A stretch of DNA of 64,000 bases from Candidatus Aenigmatarchaeota archaeon. Its GTDB lineage: Archaea; Aenigmatarchaeota; Aenigmatarchaeia; CG10238-14; SpSt-28. The translations under genes were made by a program, and so were the position numbers. Shown piece by piece: positions 54,710 to 63,729 of this stretch. Below the pieces are notes generated by a model that saw only the letters and a program-made list of their open reading frames with translations, was not told where the DNA came from and ran no database searches. Each line of letters begins with the position of its first letter. Position 1 is the stretch's first letter. The stretch covers positions 5,979 through 69,978 of the forward strand of contig JAWBMD010000003.1 in NCBI GenBank assembly GCA_039000985.1, given 5' to 3'.

Positions 54710-55108
54710 TTAATCAATTAACTCTTTTCTCTGTAAAAATTCAATTGTTTTAATTCCAGCTGGAGTTAATAGGAATTTATGAATATTTTTATAAGAAACT
54801 CATGCTTTATCAATTATTTCACTACTTAATTTAACTTTATCTAGTAAAGTTATTCTATATAAAACCATTTGAATATTCTCCAATTTATCCAAGCTTTTAT
54901 CAAAAGTTTTTGCTTTTATAATTCCAAGTCTTTCTTTTATTTTTATTCTACTTGATAGCTCTTCCATTATTTCTCTCCTTAAAGCTTCTTCCAATGTTTC
55001 ACCTTTTTCTATTTTTCCTCCTGGCAAAATAAAAAAATAAAAATTTTTCTTTCTTAGATACAAAACTTTTCTATTTTTAATTACAATGCCAGCAACTTTT
55101 TTAATCAT
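54710..55108 (-). pseudogene. Nudix hydrolase interrupted by one in-frame TGA (54800-54802)
   Basis: Nudix box GGKIEKGETLEEALRREIMEELS. The ORF stops at EIIDKA-TGA, then 29 further in-frame codons (VSYKNIHKFLLTPAGIKTIEFLQRKELID) run to a TAA abutting the next gene start. Confidence 0.6.
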
Positions 55109-55125
55109 AAATTAATAATATATTT

Positions 55126-55710
55126 ATGAAAGTTTTTGAAACAGATTTGAGCAAAACAAAATTTTACCATTATTATCCTTGCTTACCATGTGTTGTTGTA
55201 GTAAAGCATGGAGAAAAATTAAATGGAATGAGTGTAGCATGGAATACTGGCTTATCTTTTGAACCGCCATTATTTGGAGTTTCTATTTCTCCAAAAAGAT
55301 TTACATATTCTTTAATAAAAGAAGCTAAAGAATTTACTGCAAATTTTTTATCATTCAAAGATATAAAAATAATAGCTGGTTTTGGTAGAATAAGTGGAAG
55401 AAATATTGATAAGTTCAAAACTTTTAAAGCTGAAATAGAAAATTCAAAATTCATTTCAACACCAATACTAAAAAATGCTTATGCATCTTATGAATGTAAA
55501 GTTATTGATATTATAAAAACTGGCGATCACGATTTATTTGTTGGAAAAATTTTGGGAATACATTATGATGAAGAACTTTTTGAAAAAGAAACAAAAATTC
55601 CAAACATGGAAAAAATTCAGTTGGCACTATATCTGGGCGCTGATTTTTATATTAGTCCAACAAATTTCAAAAAAATAAAAATAGGAGAAAAAGAAGTTTT
55701 AGAGCTTTAA
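55126..55710 (+). CDS. Flavin reductase-like (FMN-binding split-barrel) protein
   Basis: 194 aa. Pattern PCVVVVKHGEKLNGMSVAWNTGLSFEPPLFGVSI typical of the flavin reductase domain. Confidence 0.8.
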   Translation: MKVFETDLSKTKFYHYYPCLPCVVVVKHGEKLNGMSVAWNTGLSFEPPLFGVSISPKRFTYSLIKEAKEFTANFLSFKDIKIIAGFGRISGRNIDKFKTFKAEIENSKFISTPILKNAYASYECKVIDIIKTGDHDLFVGKILGIHYDEELFEKETKIPNMEKIQLALYLGADFYISPTNFKKIKIGEKEVLEL

Positions 55711-55722
55711 AAATTTAAAAAA

Positions 55723-56328
55723 TCAAACACTAACTTTATATACAGATGGCAAAACTTCAATTATTTTCTTCTCATCCAAAAGCTCAGAAATTACTTTATC
55801 AATAAAAGAGAGTGGTATTTGAAATGAATCTATTATTTTTCCTATTTCTACACCATTCCCATCATCCATTTCTCTTATAAATTTAAATATTAGCTGTTTA
55901 TAATCCGTTAAATCTTTTTTTGTTGAAAAATTTTTTAAAAACTCTATAGCTTCTTGTTTTCTTCTAGCTTCTGTTTTTATATCAACAACACCAACAGCTT
56001 CTCCAGCAATATAAATCTCTCCATTATACTCTCTAACTTTTCCAATAACAGTAACAATACTACCAATTTCTAAATCTTTAATTAATTTAACGTTTTTATC
56101 AAAAAATTTTACTCTTATTGATTCTGTCATATCATTAACAATTAAAAATCCATAGCTTTCATCTTCAGCAATATATTTATCCAACATCGTTCCAACTATG
56201 TTTACTCTAGATACTTTAATTTCTTGTGGAGTTATTACATATGCAGCTTTTTTATTTTCTCTATCTGCTTCTTTAAAAATTCCAGAAATTAAATCAACAA
56301 CTCTAACTTTTTTAGCAACTTCTCTCAC
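55723..56328 (-). CDS. OB-fold nucleic-acid-binding protein with C-terminal winged-helix (RPA32/Rpa2-like)
   Basis: 201 aa. VNIVGTMLDKYI...VTVIGKVREYNGEIYIAGE OB pattern, then a wHTH-like tail. Confidence 0.5.
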   Translation of the reverse strand: MREVAKKVRVVDLISGIFKEADRENKKAAYVITPQEIKVSRVNIVGTMLDKYIAEDESYGFLIVNDMTESIRVKFFDKNVKLIKDLEIGSIVTVIGKVREYNGEIYIAGEAVGVVDIKTEARRKQEAIEFLKNFSTKKDLTDYKQLIFKFIREMDDGNGVEIGKIIDSFQIPLSFIDKVISELLDEKKIIEVLPSVYKVSV

Positions 56329-56357
56329 TATTAAATTTTAAAAATTTAAATTATTTT

Positions 56358-56537
56358 ATGGGTGTTAGTACTCCAATGCTTATATTGATGTCATTAATAA
56401 TTGGAATAATAATTCTTGTTTTAGCTGTTTTGTTTATGTACCAAACATCTGGTAGCTTAAAAAAAGCATTTGAAGAAATGATAGAAGGTGTTAAAAGTTT
56501 CATTAGAAGTTTGTTCAGGTTAATATTTCCATTTTAA
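56358..56537 (+). CDS. Tiny membrane protein (59 aa), first gene of a six-gene operon; absent from the ORF track
   Basis: Hand translation gives MGVSTPMLILMSLIIGIIILVLAVLFMYQTSGSLKKAFEEMIEGVKSFIRSLFRLIFPF. The TAA is directly followed by the next ATG. Confidence 0.55.
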   Translation: MGVSTPMLILMSLIIGIIILVLAVLFMYQTSGSLKKAFEEMIEGVKSFIRSLFRLIFPF

Positions 56538-56687
56538 ATGGTAGCAATAAAAACAATAATAGAATTTATTATAATAATTCTCGCTATTTTTATAGTTGTT
56601 TTTTTAATCATTACTAATTGGAATACATTAGCTGATAGAATAATGAGCTGGATAGAGGTATTGGGTGGATTACTTAGAATAAGTTAA
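56538..56687 (+). CDS. Tiny membrane protein (49 aa), MVAIK-type N-terminus; absent from the ORF track
   Basis: MVAIKTIIEFIIIILAIFIVVFLIITNWNTLADRIMSWIEVLGGLLRIS. TAATG overlap with the next gene. N-terminus paralogous to 57574..57759. Confidence 0.55.
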   Translation: MVAIKTIIEFIIIILAIFIVVFLIITNWNTLADRIMSWIEVLGGLLRIS

Positions 56688-57574
56688 TGGGCGGTATCAG
56701 TATTAGAAAAATCGTAGCTTTGATTATTGGTATTTTAGTACTAGTAATTGGTTTTTTTATTTCATCTTTAATAATAAAGGGAGCTAGGATTTGTGATCCA
56801 GAAAATCCAGATATTCTTAAATGTCCTATGTTTTTTAATCCTTTTTATATAGAACCAAACTATTGTAATCATGTATTTGGTAGTGAGGATGGTGATATAA
56901 CCCATATAAAACCACCGGTAGAATTTTGCAACATGTGCTGCGCGCTTTGGGATTCTGACTGTTTAAATAAAAAAGATTGCATAGGATGCGTATTTGTAAG
57001 ATGCGATCCAACTATTCTATTTGAAGTACTTAATAAAATATTATCTTCTATTGGTAGTGATTTTGTGCAGTTAAAAGATAAATCTTTTTTTCTTCACTGG
57101 AATGCTAGTGATATGGCCCAATCTTCTATTAGAATAAAGAATCATGCTTATTTATTTGAATCAGTTGGAGATATAGCTAGTGCTTTTGAGTGTTGCGCCG
57201 AAGATAATTGTAACTCCGATAATAAGGATGGAGTTAGAGTAAAAAAGGGAATTCTAGATATTAATAATGTAGATCTTTCATGTGTTCCGTTTTTATTTTT
57301 TTGTCTTTCTCAAGAAGGGGGAAAAAAAACAATAGTGGAAGAAATAACAAGATTGTATTGTGGAATCTCATATAAAAAATGTTTAATGTGTAATAAAGAT
57401 TTTGAAAAAAAGGAAAATACAGCATGGTATGTCTGTACTATTTTCGATTATCCAAAGATTTTAAATAATGGGTTAGAAAGTGGTATAATTAGTGTTAAAC
57501 CAAATACTAAAATAACTATTGATGGGGAAGAATGGTTTTGTAATAAAAATTTTGAATGGGAAAAAATTAAATAA
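56687..57574 (+). CDS. Anchored Cys-rich protein (295 aa)
   Basis: MGGISIRKIVALIIGILVLVIGFF anchor. More than 25 Cys, including CC and CxxC pairs. Confidence 0.7.
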   Translation: MGGISIRKIVALIIGILVLVIGFFISSLIIKGARICDPENPDILKCPMFFNPFYIEPNYCNHVFGSEDGDITHIKPPVEFCNMCCALWDSDCLNKKDCIGCVFVRCDPTILFEVLNKILSSIGSDFVQLKDKSFFLHWNASDMAQSSIRIKNHAYLFESVGDIASAFECCAEDNCNSDNKDGVRVKKGILDINNVDLSCVPFLFFCLSQEGGKKTIVEEITRLYCGISYKKCLMCNKDFEKKENTAWYVCTIFDYPKILNNGLESGIISVKPNTKITIDGEEWFCNKNFEWEKIK

Positions 57575-57759
57575 TGGTAGCTATAAAATCTTTGAGAGAA
57601 ATAGTATTAATGTTAATACTTTTAATTTTCATAATTATAATAGTGTCTTCTATTGTTTTCTATTTAATGAAGCCAAGTAACGATGGAAAAAGTTTTATGG
57701 AAAAGGCAATAGAAAATGTAACAAAAATTGTGAAAGATTTCTTTACTATAAAAAAATAA
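57574..57759 (+). CDS. Tiny membrane protein (61 aa), MVAIK-type N-terminus
   Basis: MVAIKSLREIVLMLILLIFIIIIVSS... Overlapping stop/start on both sides. Confidence 0.6.
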   Translation: MVAIKSLREIVLMLILLIFIIIIVSSIVFYLMKPSNDGKSFMEKAIENVTKIVKDFFTIKK

Positions 57760-58286
57760 TGACACATATTTCTGTTGATTGGACAATTTATATAGCCATA
57801 ATAGCTATGTCAATTATGGTTATAGTACTTTTAGTATTTATTTTGTCAAGATACATCTCTATGGAGCCGTGTATTCAAAAACAAAAAGAAATTATAAATG
57901 AAATATTTAGAATTTACTATGAAGAGATTGTAATTAAAAAGAACAGTGAGGTAATAAAAAGTTTTAAATTAGAACCATTTTGCACTAAATGGATTTTTTC
58001 TCCCTGTAAAGAAAAAGGTGTTTGTACAAAATTCAAAAGTGAAGAAATTTATTGTATAAAGTATTTTCAAATTGGAGATCCAAGAAGATCATTTTTAATA
58101 AAAGTGTGTGAAAAAGATGAAGTATGTAATGCTTTAAATAAAATTTATTTTAATACAAAAGGAATAATAAATACAAGTAAAACTAATGAAATTACCATTA
58201 AAATAATACCTAGTTCAATAGAAAGTATGCAAAGTGGCGATAATATAGATAATAATGAAGATTTAATCGAAACTGGTTGTATATGA
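57759..58286 (+). CDS. Anchored Cys-containing protein (175 aa)
   Basis: N-terminal TM and 9 Cys in the ectodomain. Overlaps the next ORF by 10 nt. Confidence 0.65.
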   Translation: MTHISVDWTIYIAIIAMSIMVIVLLVFILSRYISMEPCIQKQKEIINEIFRIYYEEIVIKKNSEVIKSFKLEPFCTKWIFSPCKEKGVCTKFKSEEIYCIKYFQIGDPRRSFLIKVCEKDEVCNALNKIYFNTKGIINTSKTNEITIKIIPSSIESMQSGDNIDNNEDLIETGCI

Positions 58287-58756
58287 AGAAATTGTTTTTT
58301 TGGTTTTTGCTAGTCGCTTTTATTATAGTTATTTCTATAATGTTTTTCTTTGGTATAGTTGATATTTTCAATAGGCTTTTTACTTGTGGATTTTTATCGA
58401 GCGAAGTTGATGATACTAACATGGATGCTAAATTAAAAGATTCTGTAAAAAGAACAATAAATGTTCCAGCTTGTTTTGATTGGATGCAAGGTCCATGTAG
58501 CATTAAAAATGATTTACCTGATTGGGCAATATTAGAAAATGCAGAAAAGGGTAAAACTTATTCAATTTGTGGTAAAATTAGAGATAAAAACATAATAAGA
58601 TGCTATGATTTTGAAGATGTTTATTGGGATACAAATGGTACTTTATTATCAGGAACTTATACTGTTATTGCTGGTAGATATAAAGTTGTTTTTGATAATG
58701 TTTGTGATTCGGGAAATCAACTAAGTAGTGAAATTTGCTCTAATATAGCATGTTAA
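58277..58756 (+). CDS. Anchored Cys-rich protein (159 aa)
   Basis: N-terminal TM, 8 ectodomain Cys, ends ...CSNIAC. Confidence 0.65.
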   Translation: MYMKKLFFWFLLVAFIIVISIMFFFGIVDIFNRLFTCGFLSSEVDDTNMDAKLKDSVKRTINVPACFDWMQGPCSIKNDLPDWAILENAEKGKTYSICGKIRDKNIIRCYDFEDVYWDTNGTLLSGTYTVIAGRYKVVFDNVCDSGNQLSSEICSNIAC

Positions 58757-58785
58757 CATTTATTTTAAAATAAAAAATATTTTTT

Positions 58786-59562
58786 ATGGATACAACAAAA
58801 ATAATAGAATACTCAAGACCAAAACTAAAAAAACCAATATTAATACAAGGTTTAGTTGGAATAGGTAATGTTGGAAGAATTACAGTTGGATTTTTAATAG
58901 ATGAACTAAAAGCAAAAAAATTTGCTGAACTAATATCAAATCATTTCATGCATTTTGTTTTAGTAGATGAAAATTCAGTAGTAAAACCATTAAATAATGA
59001 ATTTTATTGGACAAGAGTTAAAAATAAAGATTTTATTTTATTAACAGGAGATGCTCAGAGTAGCACAACAGAAGGTCATTATGAAATAGCTGAAGAAATA
59101 GTTAGGTTTGCAAAAAAATATGATGTTTCAGAAATAATAACAATAGGTGGGTTAAGTGTTGGTGAAGTTGAAGAACCAAAAGTTATTGGTGCTTCCAATG
59201 ATTTAGAAATGATTAAAAAATATTCTAAATTTGGAGTTGAATTTTCTTATTCCGAAATAGGAACAATTGTTGGAGCTAGTGGTTTGGTTGTAAGTATTGC
59301 AAAATATTATAATATAAAAGCAGTTTGTTTGCTCGGCCAAACAATTGGTTATCCAATAATTCCAGATCCAAAAAGCTCAAAAGCCGTTTTAGAAGTTTTA
59401 GCAAAAGCATTTAATTTGTCATTAGATTTAACAAAACTAAACAAAAAAATAGATGAAATGGAGAGATTTATGAAAAGAATGGAAGAAATACAGAAAAAAG
59501 CTATTGCACAAATGTTTAGACCAGCTACAGAAGAAAAAGAAAAATTAAGATATATTGGATAA
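58786..59562 (+). CDS. PAC2-family proteasome assembly chaperone-like protein (second paralog)
   Basis: 258 aa. QGLVGIGNVGRITVGFLIDEL N-terminal pattern. Ends LRYIG, like 51481..52209. Confidence 0.7.
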   Translation: MDTTKIIEYSRPKLKKPILIQGLVGIGNVGRITVGFLIDELKAKKFAELISNHFMHFVLVDENSVVKPLNNEFYWTRVKNKDFILLTGDAQSSTTEGHYEIAEEIVRFAKKYDVSEIITIGGLSVGEVEEPKVIGASNDLEMIKKYSKFGVEFSYSEIGTIVGASGLVVSIAKYYNIKAVCLLGQTIGYPIIPDPKSSKAVLEVLAKAFNLSLDLTKLNKKIDEMERFMKRMEEIQKKAIAQMFRPATEEKEKLRYIG

Positions 59563-60312
59563 TAATTTTCTTATTTCTTCTGCTTTTTTCATAGCTATAG
59601 TAAAAACTTTTTTTATTTCCTCAAATGAAAAATAACCGCTACCAATTTTTTGAATGGAATTTATTTTCCCATCATCTCTAATGCAAACAGATAAACAGCA
59701 CTCAACTAAATCTAATTCCTTAGAAGTCGGGTCTAAAAATAAAATATCTCCAACTTTAAAAACACTTATATTTATTGGTGTATAATTTCTCAATGGTAAT
59801 TTACCAATTTTTTCTTCTCTAATTATTTTTTCGTCATATTTTACAAGTGATGTATTTTTCAAAGCTAACAAAGAAGCTAAAAAAGAAGCATCTATTAAAT
59901 TTCCATCATCGTTCAATACATGAATATCAACATAAATGATCCAAACTTTTTCATTTTCTTTTATACAAAGCTTTTCGAAATCTATTAGCTTGCTTTCTCT
60001 TAATCCTCTATCAACCACTCTAGCTAATTCTATGGCATCTTCACTAGGAGGACCTGGCTCGAAATGGGGAGAAGCTATCGGAGAAAATTCTGCATTTACA
60101 ATTAAAATTCCTTCATTTGGTGAATCTGGAAATGGCTCTCCAACATCTAGTTTAACACCAGCTAATATGCTAGTATTTCCAATATTTAAGAGAGCAGAAC
60201 CCTCTGCTTTTTTTATCAAACCAACTTTAAAACTTATTTCCCTATATTCATCAAGCTTTCTATTATCTTCTCTTTTACCATTTTTTAATAATTCAAGCAA
60301 GTACTCTTTCAT
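59545..60312 (-). CDS. rrp42: Exosome complex component Rrp42
   Basis: 255 aa, RNase PH-like non-catalytic pattern (REDNRKLDEYREI...AEGSALL). Last gene of rrp4-rrp41-rrp42. Confidence 0.88.
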   Translation of the reverse strand: MKEYLLELLKNGKREDNRKLDEYREISFKVGLIKKAEGSALLNIGNTSILAGVKLDVGEPFPDSPNEGILIVNAEFSPIASPHFEPGPPSEDAIELARVVDRGLRESKLIDFEKLCIKENEKVWIIYVDIHVLNDDGNLIDASFLASLLALKNTSLVKYDEKIIREEKIGKLPLRNYTPINISVFKVGDILFLDPTSKELDLVECCLSVCIRDDGKINSIQKIGSGYFSFEEIKKVFTIAMKKAEEIRKLLSNIS

Positions 60313-61006
60313 AATATTCTTTCAAAACTTTTTTTTGCATATCATAAATTATTTTGCATTTTTTTCTTAGTTCTGCAATTAAAGTTTCTATTTCTTCATA
60401 TGTTAAATCTCCATCTTGCTGTAATAAAGTAATTTTGTCTTTGGAAACCATCATAGCAAAAGATAAATCAGCTTCACCAAAATTATCTTCCTTACCGTTT
60501 AAATCTATAACTAAATGTCCATTTACTTTACCAGCGGAACAAGCAGTTACCAAATCTCTCATTGGTATACCAGCCATTGCTAAAGCTAAGCTTGCTGCAT
60601 TTATCGAAGCTATTCTTGTTGAGCCATCTGCTTGTATTATTTCAACAAAAACATCTATTCTAGTTTTTGGAAAATCTTCTAAAAATATAGCAGGATAAAG
60701 AGCAGTTCCAAGTATTTTTGATAACTCAATACTTCTTCTATCTAAGCCAGGAGATTTTCTCTCGTCAACAGAAAAAGGAGCCATATTATATCTACATCTC
60801 AAAACAGCTTTTTCCTCTTGTAAATATTTTGGCAATAATAATTTTGGACCATAAACACTTGCAATAGCTATTGTATTACCAAGCCTTACCATAGCTGAGC
60901 CATCAGCATTTTTTACAACATTAACTTTCATTTCTATTTCTCTTAAATCAAAAAAATCTCTTCCATCAATTCTTTTACCATTCTTAATTAATTCAACTTC
61001 TTTCAT
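60293..61006 (-). CDS. rrp41: Exosome complex exonuclease Rrp41
   Basis: 237 aa. RIDGRDFFDLREI, NADGSAMV, QADGSTR RNase PH motifs. Confidence 0.9.
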   Translation of the reverse strand: MKEVELIKNGKRIDGRDFFDLREIEMKVNVVKNADGSAMVRLGNTIAIASVYGPKLLLPKYLQEEKAVLRCRYNMAPFSVDERKSPGLDRRSIELSKILGTALYPAIFLEDFPKTRIDVFVEIIQADGSTRIASINAASLALAMAGIPMRDLVTACSAGKVNGHLVIDLNGKEDNFGEADLSFAMMVSKDKITLLQQDGDLTYEEIETLIAELRKKCKIIYDMQKKVLKEYYERVLA

Positions 61007-61662
61007 TGCTTTAAAAACTCTCTAATTTTATCTGTTAAACCATATATATGTGATTCTCTATCTATCATTAAAATTGCCTCAATTGTTTTATCAACTTTTC
61101 CACCACTAACAAAAATATAACCATTTTGGCCAACAATTATTTCACTTTTAGTTTCTTTTTTAAGAAGCTCTATCATACTTCCACCTTTACCTATAACCCT
61201 AGCTACTTTTGAAGGAGTTATCGAAACAATTATACCATTTTTTAATACTTTACATTCCTCATCTTTCATTGAAATATTTATTGTTTTATCCTCACTAACT
61301 TTAATAACTTTTGTAAAAAGTATATCATTAACATTATAAAATCTTCTCAAGTCAGTCCTAAAAATATCTATATAGCTAGTAACACCTTCAACTAAAGGTA
61401 AAAAAGCTAAGTAAGGGGAATTTATATCGACTATCCAGCCAGAAGTTTCAACCTCTTTAACAATACCAATTACTTTATCCCCAACTTTTGGAATGTAAGC
61501 ATATTTTAAAGGAATTACATTAATTTCTTCATTTGTAATTTTTGGAATACCTATAACTTTTGAAAAAACTTTTCCATTCTCTTCATAAACTGTATCTGAA
61601 ATTTTTCTTCCATCTCTTTCGCAAATATAATCACCAACCAATACTATTTCTCTAATTTTCAT
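61003..61662 (-). CDS. rrp4: Exosome RNA-binding subunit Rrp4 (S1 + KH)
   Basis: 219 aa. S1-like VGDKVIGIVKEVETSGWIVDI and KH-like VARVIGKGGSMIELL. Confidence 0.88.
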   Translation of the reverse strand: MKIREIVLVGDYICERDGRKISDTVYEENGKVFSKVIGIPKITNEEINVIPLKYAYIPKVGDKVIGIVKEVETSGWIVDINSPYLAFLPLVEGVTSYIDIFRTDLRRFYNVNDILFTKVIKVSEDKTINISMKDEECKVLKNGIIVSITPSKVARVIGKGGSMIELLKKETKSEIIVGQNGYIFVSGGKVDKTIEAILMIDRESHIYGLTDKIREFLKQ

Positions 61663-62360
61663 ATTTCTGTTCTACCAATTACTTTAGATTGAAAATCCCC
61701 TTTAGTTACGGAAGCTATTCTTGAAAGCAGCTCACTTTGTAATCCAGCTAATATTTCAACATTTAAAAGTAAAGAGCCGTCATTTAACCATTCCTCTTTT
61801 TTTATTTCACAAATATTTTTAATATTTGAATAAACATTTGAAAATTGTGGTGGGATTTTTAACTCAATTAAAACTTTCCCAGAAGATAAAGGCAAAGTAG
61901 TTTTTATTTCTTTAATAACTTTATTAACTTGCAATTCAGCATCTAAAAATGGATCAATATTAACACCAGCTTGCTCCATAGCATTCAATATTCTACTTGG
62001 AGGATGAGGTAAGTTATTTTGTGGATTAATACATCTTTTTGAAATTATTTCAGCTATTTGTTTTTTTCTTTCCTCGATCATTTTTCTTTTTTGCTCCGTG
62101 GTTATTTGTATTTCTCCTTTTTTCAATATCTCTTCAGCAACTTTAAAAATATCAGTAGTTCCAAAAACTTGCTGTAGCTCTTCTCTACTAACAACTTCCG
62201 CTTTTCTAACATCTCTATAAATAGCCGGATAAGCTAAAGCAGTTCTAAAATCTATTTGTTTACCTCTTCTAAAATTTAATGCAGCATCCGGGTCTATTAA
62301 TATTTCAAATTTTTTTTCTCTAAAGTAATATCTTACAACAATTGACTTTTCTAATGACAT
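61659..62360 (-). CDS. sdo1: SBDS-family ribosome maturation protein
   Basis: 233 aa. N-terminal FYSH-domain pattern (VVRYYFREKKFEILIDPDAAL). Conserved position in the exosome superoperon. Confidence 0.88.
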   Translation of the reverse strand: MSLEKSIVVRYYFREKKFEILIDPDAALNFRRGKQIDFRTALAYPAIYRDVRKAEVVSREELQQVFGTTDIFKVAEEILKKGEIQITTEQKRKMIEERKKQIAEIISKRCINPQNNLPHPPSRILNAMEQAGVNIDPFLDAELQVNKVIKEIKTTLPLSSGKVLIELKIPPQFSNVYSNIKNICEIKKEEWLNDGSLLLNVEILAGLQSELLSRIASVTKGDFQSKVIGRTEI

Positions 62361-63071
62361 TTATTTAATTTCTTCTTCTTCCAAAAGTCTAATTTTTTCA
62401 CCAACCTTTACTAATAGCAAATCTACTCCTTTAAATTCTTTTTCTGATTTTTCTAAAGCTTCTAATGCTAATTTAATGGCTTCTTTTTCTTTCAAATCTT
62501 CTTTCCATTGTTGTTGTAAAATTTTTATTGCTGATTGTGCCCCTCTTCCTAAAGCATGAGCTTTCCATTCAAAAATCATTCCTGCTGTATCAACTTCAAC
62601 TAAATGAACTCCAGTTGAGTCATAACCACCTATTAAGATACCAACACCAAAAGGTCTTAGTCCAGCAATTAATGTTGAATATTGAATTCTGTCAGCTATA
62701 TTCTTTGAAATACTTAATATACCTTCTGGTTCATCATAAGTAATTCTATGTACTTGAGCTCTTATTCTTGCAAAATCTATTAGTACTCTTGCATCAGATA
62801 GAAAACCAGATGCTCCAGCACCACAATGATCATCTATTTGAAAAAGCTTTTCTACACTAGAAACCATTAACTTGTTAGCAAACATAATTTTGCTAGCTGC
62901 AATAACTACACCATCACTAAAAGTTATCCCTACAACAGTTGCCCCTCTTTTTACTGTTTCTCTGGCATATTCAACTTGTAATAATCTACCATCTGGGGTA
63001 AACATAGCTATTGTTCTATCATAACCCATATATTCCGGTACTCCTACTTCGACCATAAATATTAAATTCAA
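62361..63071 (-). CDS. psmA: Proteasome subunit alpha
   Basis: YDRTIAMFTPDGRLLQVEYA signature. The true start may be an internal Met (63056 or 63029). Confidence 0.92.
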   Translation of the reverse strand: MNLIFMVEVGVPEYMGYDRTIAMFTPDGRLLQVEYARETVKRGATVVGITFSDGVVIAASKIMFANKLMVSSVEKLFQIDDHCGAGASGFLSDARVLIDFARIRAQVHRITYDEPEGILSISKNIADRIQYSTLIAGLRPFGVGILIGGYDSTGVHLVEVDTAGMIFEWKAHALGRGAQSAIKILQQQWKEDLKEKEAIKLALEALEKSEKEFKGVDLLLVKVGEKIRLLEEEEIK

Positions 63072-63099
63072 ATTTAAATTTTAAATATTACATACTTTT

Positions 63100-63717
63100 A
63101 TGTTAGATAAAGAAAACATTAAGAAAACAGGAACAACAACAGTTGGAATAATTTGTAAGGATGGAGTTGTTTTGGGATCTGAAAAAAAATCTGTAATGGG
63201 ATATTTAATAGCTAGCAAAGAAGCAAAAAAAATATTTCCAGTAGCTGATAGAATAGCAGTAACAGTTGCTGGTGTATGGGGGGATGGAATAGCTTTGGTT
63301 AGATATCTAAAAGCAGAGATAAAATTGTATGAAATTGAAAATAAAACAAAAATAAGTGTTAAAGCGGCAGCAAACTTGTTATCAAACATACTTTATTCCG
63401 GTAGATGGACATTTTTACCATATATGGTAGAACTAATAATAGCTGGATATGATGATAAACCAAAAATATTTACAATAGATGCAATAGGTGGATTAGAAGA
63501 AGAGACAAAATTCTTTTCAACAGGAAGCGGAAGTCCAATGGCATTAGGTGTTCTAGAAGATTCTTATAATGAAAATATAACAACTGAAAAAGCTAAAGAA
63601 ATAACATTGAGAGCTATTAAATCAGCTATAGAAAGAGATATTGGTTCTGGAGGGAAAGCAATAGATTTATGTATAATAACTAAAGATAAATTATATATAG
63701 AAACAATTAACTTTTAA
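63100..63717 (+). CDS. psmB: Proteasome subunit beta
   Basis: Propeptide MLDKENIKKTG followed by TTTVGI (Thr1 nucleophile). 205 aa. Confidence 0.92.
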   Translation: MLDKENIKKTGTTTVGIICKDGVVLGSEKKSVMGYLIASKEAKKIFPVADRIAVTVAGVWGDGIALVRYLKAEIKLYEIENKTKISVKAAANLLSNILYSGRWTFLPYMVELIIAGYDDKPKIFTIDAIGGLEEETKFFSTGSGSPMALGVLEDSYNENITTEKAKEITLRAIKSAIERDIGSGGKAIDLCIITKDKLYIETINF

Positions 63718-63729
63718 TTTTTTGCTTTT

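Noticed and set aside
54800-54802. Selenocysteine at the Nudix TGA
   Set aside because: The position aligns with an expected Trp rather than a redox Cys/Sec site. I see no obvious stable hairpin that would suggest a SECIS element in the short 3' region. This could not be tested rigorously by hand.
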